Source of the DNA: Octopus sinensis
Lineage: Eukaryota
Assembly: GCF_006345805.1 (NCBI RefSeq)
Contig: NW_021824318.1
Location: 1-19,032, forward strand
Length of the DNA stretch: 19,032 bases
Reading direction: 5' to 3'
The translations under genes and the position numbers were made by a program. The notes under the pieces were generated by a model, which did no database searches, had not been told where the DNA came from, and saw only the letters and a list, made by a program, of their open reading frames with translations. Position 1 is the stretch's first letter. Each line of letters begins with the position of its first letter. Of this stretch, positions 9,432 to 17,664 are shown piece after piece.

Positions 9432-10181
9432 TAGCAGGGTGAGCCTGTAGGATAATAATAGCTGCCATTTTTGTTTAGAAGGACGTTATTTTTCACACAA
9501 AAACTCGGTATTTTTTCCTGCTTCCATGTTAGTTATTCATGTAAGTGTGTCGTGTGTACCTGTGTGTGTGTGTGTGTGTGGTTGTGAGACGGGGGTGTGT
9601 AGCCATCTTTTATGTCTGGCATTGATATGGAAGTGTAGGCGGGGGTGGTGGTGTAAACTGGGATGAGGGGGTGGATGGTGGAGTCTAGGCTGCTCTGCCA
9701 GAAAACAGTAAGAATTATTTTGGTTTCTTGTGATACCTTATTAATAATAGTGCCGGCATGCGTCCAACGTTACTGAACCTAATACTACGCCGCATTGAGC
9801 CGGGAAGCAAACGCTTACCTGATCGGTCGATCTGCTAGAAACAATAGCTACTTTACTGTTGAGTCACAACATACCGTGACAATGTATTTCAGATGCACAA
9901 ATGACTGGATGGCCACGGATGGAACAGTAGTGTAGCTAAGAAGGGAAGAGGGTGTCAGTCTGTCCCCAGCAACGCTTTTCTGTGTGTGGCACTTTTGGGT
10001 CTGCCATATAAGCTTGTCGGGGCCTGTGGTAAGCGGGAAGCTCAAAGGCTTTCACATTCGGCACACACCCTAGCTTCAGCACTGGACTGGAATACTTTAG
10101 ATCAGAGGTCTACTCGATAAGGACTGACTTGGGATCTAAGCAACAAGACCGACAACAACCAGACCTTAAAATATTCAAATG
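9432..10181 (-). repeat. Right arm of long inverted duplication
   Basis: Reverse complement of 5792-6741, but with only one core module. Confidence 0.95.
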
Positions 10182-10246
10182 ATCTTCTGGTGTCACCTTT
10201 TGCGATCGTTAGCCTCAGGGAACCAAGAAGGGGAGAATCTCTCTAT

Positions 10247-10484
10247 ATATTTCTTTATTGCTCACAGGAGGTGGGGACTACATACAGAGGGGACAAACAA
10301 GCACAGCCAAAGAGATTAAGTCAATTACATCGACCCCAGTGCGAAATTGGTACTTATTTAATCGACGCCGAAAGGATGAAAGGCAAAGTCGACCTCGGCG
10401 GAATTTGAACTCAGAACGTAACGGCAGACGAAATATCGCTAAGCATTTCGCCCGGCGTGCTAACGTTTCTGCCAGCTCGCCGCC
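10247..10484 (-). mobile_element. tRNA SINE family B, full length
   Basis: Minus head GGCGGCGAGCTGGCAGAAACGTTAG (A box) ... GAGTTCAAATTCC (B box), central domain and tail as at 7661-7817. Confidence 0.85.
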
Positions 10485-10789
10485 CTAATATAATCTCTAT
10501 ATAGACATCACTTTCTCCCTAAATAGTCTCTGTCTGTCTGTCTCTCTCTCTGTCTGTCTCTCTCTCTCTCTCTCACCAAAGTGAACTAAACCTGAGTGGA
10601 ATTTGTCGTTGTCTTCCTTCGCTATCAGTTAATGTTAAACGAAGATATGTTTCATTTGAAGGAAACATCGGTTTGCTTTACGGCTTTGTGGCCACGTATG
10701 TTATTTCCGTTTATCTCAGGAACAATGCCCTGTTTCCATAACACAAACTCAGACACACACACGCACGCACGCACACACACGCGCACACA

Positions 10790-10975
10790 CAGAGTAGGTA
10801 ATAAGCGAAAAGAAGACAAAACGAAACGTACAAGTTTTAACAAAATCTTTTTATTAGTACAATGCTGAAAAGAAATGAATAGAGTCTTTGACGTTTCGGA
10901 CAGCAGTCCCTCACGAGAAAAAGGAAAGAAAAGAAGGAATGTAAAAAGAATAGGAGGAAAGGTGGTGGGATAGAG
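10790..10975 (-). mobile_element. Penelope pLTR-like fragment carrying a hammerhead motif, between (CA)n and (ATAC)n
   Basis: Contains the hammerhead fold at 10885-10922, followed on the minus strand by a T-rich tract running into (TG)n. Confidence 0.55.
10885..10922 (-). ncRNA. Minimal type I hammerhead motif with mutated core
   Basis: Minus strand: TTTTT-CTCGTGA-G-GGAC(TGCT)GTCC-GAAAC-GT-C-AAAGA. Stems I, II and III and the GTC site fit; the core has two substitutions from CTGATGA. Confidence 0.65.
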
Positions 10976-11041
10976 TATACATACATACATACATACATAC
11001 ATACATCCATACATACCATACATACATCCACACATGTATAT

Positions 11042-11084
<43 letters not shown>

Positions 11085-11105
11085 ATATATATATATATAT
11101 ATATG
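10975..11105. repeat. (ATAC)n/(TA)n microsatellite
   Basis: Direct reading. Confidence 0.95.
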
Positions 11106-11162
11106 TATTTTAAACATTTACGAGCTTTTGAAATTTGAGTGCATTTTCCTATATATATATAC

Positions 11163-11270
11163 CCCTATTTGAAGCCGGATATTGCGTTTATTGGTCGTCT
11201 TGAACCTCAAATTTTCTACCTTAACTCTGGACTCATCTTTGACCAATAAGATCGTTACATCGACGACATC
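11163..11270 (+). pseudogene. Penelope-type reverse transcriptase relic, part 1 (YIDD)
   Basis: Frame reads PYLKPDIAFIGRLEPQIFYLNSGLIFDQ*DRYIDDI, with YIDD at 11256-11267; resembles the PLE RT segment xFxGxLExxxF...RYIDDI. Confidence 0.55.
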
Positions 11271-12079
11271 AAGGTGTTCGGACTAAATTTGACGATTATT
11301 TTTGCCTCGTTTATTTTTTCAGGATCAGCTTGATGTATTGGTGAATACTTAACGGCGTTGGAGAGCATAAAAATTAAAGTTGTAATTGAGGAAAAGTTAA
11401 CTGAAATGGTGGACTAGAAGCCATCTGAAACTTGAAAAAGAGTTACCTGTACCATGATAATTTGAGCTGGCCTCAAAATGCTGACGTCATGATTCTGTTC
11501 AGTACCCTGTGGAATATGTAAGGGCTGTGGCATGGACAGCTACAACGGTGACTGTGAAACTGGTGCCAGCAGAAAGGGCCACGTTGGCTTTTATTGCGTT
11601 CGTACTTCAGAATTCATCCCCACATCTTTGACAGGAGCCAAGGCTCAGTTCAAAGAATTATGTGAAGCTGCCGAGAACTGTGGTCGATTCCTAGCTGAAG
11701 AAGGTTGCTGCTGGATGGCCATGTGTGTCAGCAGGATTCAGTTCTATGTTATACCTCCGGAAAGAGTCAGAAGGAGTTATCAGAGAATTTCCAGCCCCAA
11801 TTTCTAGCCTCCTAATCCCTCCGATTGTAATCCCATAGATTATTATGTGTAGGGCGCGGTTGAAAATTTCACCAGCCGCTCTGCCTATGACATCAAGGCC
11901 GATCGGGTGGCTAAAATCGAGGAGGTCTTCAAAGATCTTCTCAAGGAGACAGTGAGGAAAGCATGCGCCAGGTTCCAGAGCCATCTTGAGGCCGTTGTGG
12001 AAGCTGAGGGCAGCTAATTTGAGTTAACCGTTATCTCACATCCATAATTTAGTCGATATTTTTTTATCTTTTAGTAATT
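11270..12079 (+). mobile_element. Decayed Tc1/mariner element, maT/DD37D-like transposase C-terminus
   Basis: 11618-12027 reads PHIF..VKLPRTVV..KVAAGWPCV.QQDSVLCYTSGKSQKELSENF/SPNF*PPNPSDCNPIDYYV*GAVE...RKACARFQSHLEAVVEAEGS*FE, with stops and frameshifts. The possible left TIR is CAAGGTGTTC at 11270; no right TIR was recognised. Confidence 0.85.
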
Positions 12080-12213
12080 ACTAGCAGTATCGCCCGGCGT
12101 TGCTCGGGTTTGTAAGGGAAATAACTATATAAACATTTTTAGAGATGTAAAGTATAATAGCCATCTCAATATGGCTAACCACAAAGGGGGGGTATTACTG
12201 TAGCTTTTTACGT
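12080..12213 (+). mobile_element. Helitron/Helentron-like non-autonomous fragment
   Basis: Starts ACTAG, followed by hairpin CCCGG-CGTTGC-TCGGG (12093-12108), a layout typical of HINE/Helentron-type termini. The right boundary is approximate. Confidence 0.45.
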
Positions 12214-12217
12214 TATT

Positions 12218-12347
12218 ATTAACGTCACTTCCCTAACCTGCGAAAAGTTCACCTTTTCCTTTGCTCTTATGAAGAACTCCTTCTATTCTGTCCCCCAGCA
12301 TCTCCACTGCCTCTGTCAATTTTTTAGACGTCTTCGCTTCTGTTTAC
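12218..12347 (+). pseudogene. Penelope-type reverse transcriptase relic, part 2
   Basis: INVTSLTCEKFTFSFALMKNSFYSV / SISTASVNFLDVFASVY (one frameshift) resembles the post-YIDD PLE RT segment ...NSFHPxxKFTxSISxxSVxFLDV. Confidence 0.5.
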
Positions 12348-12782
12348 ATGATTACAGGTCAAAACTATAACCTAGTTTTGAGAGAGATAACCACGTACAA
12401 TAACATTCTTTGGAACTCCGTAGTGTAATTACACTTCTGCATCATCGTCTAAAAGATAGAACGTATTTAAGAAACAACTGTCAAGTCCGTCTGTAAAATC
12501 TTCTCGTGAAACATGGTGGAATTCAGAACAGAAAGTGTCATGTCTATAGAATGCCAAGCTGCTGATGTCTGTGACACTAGAGGGGAATTGTCCATAACCT
12601 AGGTGGTAGCGCCCTTTTGAAAACGTGAGCTCACAAGTGGGTGCTATGAAATGGGGTTGAAGCTAAATGTTTAGTGGGCGTAGTTTGCCTTTGAAGTAAC
12701 AAATTTAAACCAGCATGACGAACACATTAAAAAGGTATTGGATTTGAAATATGCATAGGACATTCTTATTATAAGCGAATAA

Positions 12783-13171
12783 GTGGAGGCGCAATGGCCC
12801 AGTGGTTAGGCCAGCGGACTCGCGGTCATAGGATCGCGGTTTCGATTCCCTGACCGGGCGTTGTGAGTGTTTATTGAGCGAAAACACCTAAAGCTCCACG
12901 AGGCTCCGGCAGGGGATGGTAGTGATCCCTGCTGTACTCTTTCACCACAGCTTTCTCTCACTCTTACTTCCCGTTTCTGTTGTACCTGTATTTCAAAGGG
13001 GCCGGCCTTGTCACTTTCTGTGTCACGCTGAATATCACCGAGAACTACGTTAAGGGTGCACGTGTCTGTGGAGTGCTCAGCCACTTGCACGTTAATTTCA
13101 CGAGCAGGCTGTTCCGTTGATTCGGATCAACCGGAACCCTCGTCGTCGTAACCGACGGAGTGCTTCCATCC
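12783..13171 (+). mobile_element. tRNA-derived SINE family A, full length, 12-bp TSD
   Basis: GTGGAGGCGCAATGGCCCAGTGG...GAGTGCTTCCATCC, flanked by ATAAGCGAATAA at 12771-12782 and 13172-13183. Confidence 0.92.
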
Positions 13172-13259
13172 ATAAGCGAATAAAAACCCGAATGATGGCC
13201 AATATAATTTTATATCAGTGATCTTCTTCTTTGATAATTTTCATAAAAATACGACATAG

Positions 13260-13405
13260 AAGGTATGGGTCACGAGAAGTTGCAGCCCACTGCTTTGTAG
13301 TGTGAATAAGTGTTTTCAACCATAGCCCCGGGCCAATCAATGCTTTGTGAGTGAAATTGATAGATGGAAAGTGAAGGAAGCCTGTCGTGTATGTATGTGT
13401 GTATG
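13260..13405 (+). mobile_element. Old CORE-type SINE fragment
   Basis: AAGTGTTTTCAACCATAGCCCCGGGCC...TTGTGAGTGAAATTG..AGATGGAAAGTGAAGGAAGCCTGTCGTG aligns with 2335-2415. Confidence 0.65.
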
Positions 13406-13544
13406 TATGCAATTTAATAAACACATGATTTACATGTGAGCTACTATCCGAGCATGAAACTTGTAGCGTACACGGAAATCCAATGTTTATTAAATATTAT
13501 TTATCTCTCATTCCTAAGGTATTTTTCGATATTATTATTATTAT

Positions 13545-13748
13545 GCAGCACGGATTTTTGTCAGTGAACAGGTCGCGGTCTTGAAGCGACAAAAATATTT
13601 TTGACAAATTAAACTTAAATGTTGAAGTGAATCGAACGGCTTTTGTGTGTTTCTTAAATGGCTTACAAACACCTTCCACGCTGCAATTGTTTTCATTTCA
13701 GCACACGATCTCAGATCAAATCACTTGCTATGCAGGTACATCTCCGTA
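13545..13748 (+). mobile_element. Penelope pLTR-like fragment inserted in (ATT)n, carrying a G3-C8 hammerhead variant
   Basis: Absent from the plus-strand family C copy; flanked by ATT repeats; three-way fold at 13557-13608. Confidence 0.6.
13557..13608 (+). ncRNA. Hammerhead-like motif with compensatory G3-C8 core
   Basis: TTTGTCA-GTGAACA-G-GTCGC(GGTCTTGAA)GCGAC-AAA-AATATT-TT-GACAAA. Stem I TTTGTCA/TGACAAA (7 bp), stem II 5 bp, palindromic stem III; G12 is A in this copy. Confidence 0.5.
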
Positions 13749-13808
<60 letters not shown>

Positions 13809-13894
13809 TATTATTCAGGTCACTGCCTGGAATCGAACTCGGAATCTTGGCGTTAATTGCCCGCGCTCTTAAGCACTACGCCATATGCATGTGA

Positions 13895-14160
13895 CATATA
13901 GCGTAGTGGTTAAGGGCGCGGGCAACTAATCCCAAGATTCCGAGTTCGATTCCAGGCAGTGACCTGAATATAATGATAGTAATATCGAAAAATACCTTAA
14001 GAATGAGAACCCAGTTTTCGAAATTTCCCCAAGACACCTGATGAAGGCTGGAGAGTATATCAGCCGAAACGTTGTGTTAACAACAAACAAGACGAGGACA
14101 AATATCCGTCGAATGTAAATAATGTAAATAATTCCTCATCTCTTAAATATTGAACTGTAT
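13895..14160 (+). mobile_element. tRNA-headed SINE-like element (family C) with Penelope-type hammerhead tail
   Basis: A-box TAGCGTAGTGG and B-box GAGTTCGATTCC, AT-rich linker, then the hammerhead at 14033-14078. Confidence 0.75.
14033..14078 (+). ncRNA. Minimal type I hammerhead ribozyme, apparently intact
   Basis: GACAC-CTGATGA-A-GGCTG(GAGAGTATAT)CAGCC-GAAAC-GT-T-GTGTT. Stem I 5 bp with one G-U, stem II 5 bp perfect, palindromic ACGT stem III, GUU cleavage triplet at 14071-14073. Confidence 0.85.
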
Positions 14161-14852
14161 TATGAAATAGATTGCTTTGCGGTATATGTTCCGGCTCTCT
14201 GCGCATTCAATCGGTGACAATCCTGTTTTTCACTCTGCTCAGAAAACTCAGGTCAATATTTTCCAACTTTGCCTCTTTCATTCATTTGTGGTAAATAAAT
14301 AACTGCAAATCGTGTACAGTAACCATTTTTAACTCCCACTTTCTCTCTCCATCTGTCTGTCTCTTCTCTCTCTCTGTTTCTTTCCTTCTCCTCTTGTTCC
14401 TATCACTCATCAAGGTTGCCTGCAGTGCAAGCGAAATAGCGTCAACAGGGGAATCGTACCTTTGTTTCAGAACGAGTGTCATATGGCTCTACCCTCGTAA
14501 GCTGCAGTACTCTAACATTCTCCTTATTTTCTGATCCTATTTTACGAAACATTAATAGCTTTCTAATGGCGAACAATAATTATGTAGCGATGAGGAAACA
14601 GTCGGGGGCTGGGGAGACAGTGTGGACGTGGATGGGGAATATTGGCTAGGGGTGGAGGGGAAACTGGGGAGTGGGGAGATTCGGTAGTGTGGAAAAAAAG
14701 ATTGAAGGCTGAGGTTTGAAATAGAGGGTATTTTCAAGGCTGAGAATATTGTTGTTCTTTACTGTTAGTTCAATCATGATCAGGCAGAGAGCTATGATCA
14801 AAAATATTTCCCTACATGACCATCTCGTCTTTTTAAGTGTTTATATTGTACA

Positions 14853-15020
14853 CAGGTGCAGATATGGGTATGTATTAAGAAGCTTGCTTCCTGAACACAT
14901 GGTTCCAGGTTTTTAGTCCCACTGTGTGGCACTGTGGGCAAGTGTCTTCTACTATAGCCACGAGCTGACCAAAGCTTTGTGAGTGGTCTGGGCAGATAGA
15001 AACAGAAATAAATCCGCCGT
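14853..15020 (+). mobile_element. Old CORE-type SINE, 5' half
   Basis: AGCTTGCTTCCTGAACACATGGTTCC...GTGGGCAAGTGTCTTCTACTATAGCC...TTGTGAGTGG. Confidence 0.8.
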
Positions 15021-15061
15021 GTGTGTGTGTGTTATATATATATATATATATAGTATATATA

Positions 15062-15099
<38 letters not shown>

Positions 15100-15225
15100 A
15101 AATAAAGCTTATTTGGAAATGGATGCATGGCGTTCAATCATATAACAATATAAATCATATATATATATATGCATATATACATACATATATGTACAAATGT
15201 ATATGTATATACACATGCATATATG
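15020..15225. repeat. (TG)n/(TA)n/(TACA) microsatellite complex
   Basis: Direct reading. Confidence 0.9.
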
Positions 15226-15600
15226 AGTACAGGGCGTCATAGAATACAAACAATATGAAAACATAGAATACGAATTTCTTTTGAGAACAAATAAAGAAAC
15301 AAATGGAAAACAAGACAAATAACGTAAAGAACGACCCTTCATCAGTTGTCAGCTGTTTTATCGAGCAATTACAACAGGATGCGCCTTCGTCAAAAAAGTT
15401 GCTCCCGCAAAGCAAATTAAATAAAATTTGGGATTTGCATAGGGTCAAAGTAGGTAACAAAAACAGGGCAGTGAAAACAAACAGTAAGGGCTGCTAAGCC
15501 ATAATGAGGTGAGGTGGTGAGTGCTGGAGGAACAAGCTTTGACAGGAGACAGACAAGAATGCGTCTTATTTCCGTAGCTGATCGTAAGGAAAGAAACTCG
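15225..15600 (-). mobile_element. Penelope pLTR-like fragment between (TA)n tracts, decayed hammerhead
   Basis: Minus TTGACGA (15393-15387) ... AAAC-AGCT-GA-C ... CTGATGA (15345-15339), then a T-rich tail; related to 260-435. Confidence 0.45.
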
Positions 15601-15989
15601 TGTATATATATGTGGTATATATATATATATATATAATATATATATAATATTATAATATATTAATATCAGTTGAATTAGGCACCTTGCTAGGTCGGTATAA
15701 TTCATACTCTCTAAAATATAAGTTGGCTTGACGTGGCATGCATTATTTTCTAAATTCACTCTGCCACAGATATGACAAAAGAAACAATGTAAATATTCTA
15801 GTAAATATTTTGAGTAAATATGTTTAAAAATGCTTTTATCCTTATGTTTGAAGTTTATGCAGTCATATGACGAGAACGGTTTCTTTCAAATTGATGTAAT
15901 GTTTTCATGAATCAATTAAAGAAGCTGCTTGAAACGGCCGTAAGGAATTAACACCTATGCACCTTTGTTACTTATATATATGTATATAT

Positions 15990-16037
<48 letters not shown>

Positions 16038-16038
16038 A

Positions 16039-16595
16039 CAGGGTGGCCTAAAGTAGATGTACAGTTATTCAACTGTCCTCTTTCGCATTCATATATTAAC
16101 AGTTTAGATCTTAATTATAAAAAAAAATGAAACCATTATTCAGCAAGATAGAGCACCTCCCCATTATGCGTTGACAGTAAGGGACTACCTTAACCAAACC
16201 TTTCCACAGCATTGGTTTGGAAGACGAGGCACCATCGAATGGCCACCACGTTCACCTGACACCAATGGATTTCTTTTGGGGGGGGGAGTGTTGTAAAGAA
16301 CAAGGTATATGAGAAGAATCCCAAAACAGTAAATGAATTTTAAAATTATATTTCTGACGCATTCATTGAAATTTATGGAGATCGGAATCTGTGCCGCACT
16401 GTGTGTCAGAGTGTTCTGAAGAGGTGTGAAGAATGTCGTAATGTTGAAGAAGGACATTTTGAACATCTGAGAGATTAAACCATGTCTGTTTACGATGTGC
16501 ATAAACGATATGGTTGTAAGATAGAAATAAAATGTTTTAAAAGAAATTTCAAGCGCCTACGTGATAATTGTAGCGTACTTTTGGACCACCCTCTG
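16039..16595 (+). mobile_element. Internally deleted Tc1/mariner element, DD41D (rosa/VS)-like, both TIRs present
   Basis: TA|CAGGGTGGCCTAAAGTA ... TACTTTTGGACCACCCTCTG. 16135-16478 encodes QQDRAPPHYALTVRDYLNQTFPQHWFGRRGTIEWPPRSPD/PMDFFW...VVKNKVYEKNPKTV...CRTVCQSVLKRCEECRNVEEGHFEHLRD*. Confidence 0.9.
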
Positions 16596-16693
16596 TGTGT
16601 GTGTGTGGCTTGTGTATATATATATATAGTTGTGTGTGTATATATTATATAATATAGTAATATATAATATATATATATAATATTATATTATAT

Positions 16694-16753
<60 letters not shown>

Positions 16754-16780
16754 ATATATAATACACACACACACACACAA
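16595..16780. repeat. (TG)n/(TA)n/(CA)n microsatellite complex
   Basis: Direct reading. Confidence 0.95.
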
Positions 16781-16906
16781 GTGTAAACAAGAGAGACAGA
16801 GAAAGGCAGAAACAAGGAAAATGCCACTATATTTGACACTATACTAACAAATTATTTTTAAAGAAACTTTTCTTTTAATTTTTCTAAATTTAATTATTTA
16901 TCGCTA

Positions 16907-16944
16907 CAGTTGAAAAGGTCTCAAAATGACTAAAACCGGTACTG
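16907..16944 (+). ncRNA. Decayed minimal hammerhead motif
   Basis: CAG-TTGAAAA-GGTC(TCAAAAT)GACT-AAAAC-CG-GT-A-CTG; all stems fit and there are three core substitutions. Confidence 0.45.
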
Positions 16945-16996
16945 AAATGTTCTTTATAATTATTTTAGCATTTTCTATCTTGACTTGTTTTTTCAT

Positions 16997-17037
<41 letters not shown>

Positions 17038-17216
17038 TCAATCTTCATTGTATTATACATCCGAAAAAGAAGCAGACTCTAAGCCATAGAAAAGTAATGT
17101 ATTTATATGCAGTTTTAGAGTCTGATGGGTCGTCCATAGGGCTAAACATTTTATGGATGCGAAGCCATTGGTCAATCTATGACCAGACATACACTTAACA
17201 GCATAATATATATATA

Positions 17217-17613
17217 CAGGCACAGGAGTGGCTGTGTGGTAAGTAGCTTGCTTACTAACTACATGATTCTGGGTTCAGTCCCACTGCGTGGCACCTTGGG
17301 CAAGTGTCTTCTACTATAGTTTCGGAGCGACCAAAGCCCCGTGAGTGGATTTGGTAGACGGAAACTGAAAGAAGCCCGTCGTAATATATATATTATATAT
17401 ATTATATATATTTGTGTGTGCTTGCGTTTGCCCCCCTCCCCCCAACATCGCTTGACAACCGATGCCGGTGTGTTTATGTCCCCGTCACTTAGCGGTTCGG
17501 CAAAAGAGACTGATAGAATAAGTACTAGGCTTACAAGGAATAAGTCGATTTGCTCGACTAAGAGGCGGTGCTCCAGCATAGCCGCAGTCAAAATGACTGA
17601 AACAAATAAAAGA
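17217..17613 (+). mobile_element. CORE-type tRNA SINE, full length
   Basis: Colinear with 2256-2662; small deletion of CTGGGGTC between GTC repeats. Confidence 0.9.
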
Positions 17614-17664
17614 ATATATGTGTATGTATGTATGTATGTATGTATGTATGTGTGTCTGTCTCCC

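Larger units (their letters stand above)
13506..13887 (-). mobile_element. tRNA-headed family C element, 3'-truncated before its hammerhead, with an insertion in its (AAT)n tract
   Basis: Head 13812-13887 is the reverse complement of 13895-13970; 13506-13531 matches 13981-14007 in reverse complement. Confidence 0.85.

Noticed and set aside
11532-11984. ORFs 11532..11807 (+) and 11691..11984 (-) as genes
   Set aside because: Off-frame or antisense readings of the transposase pseudogene.
12040-12060. AATTTAGTC as the right TIR of the maT element
   Set aside because: Only 9 bp match the putative left TIR and the terminal part is absent.
13895-13970. tRNA-like heads here and in other SINEs as tRNA genes
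   Set aside because: No proper acceptor stem or T-run terminator; they continue into repeat bodies.
17128-17165. CTGATGG...GGGC-TAAAC as a hammerhead
   Set aside because: Needs too many changes and stem I does not pair.
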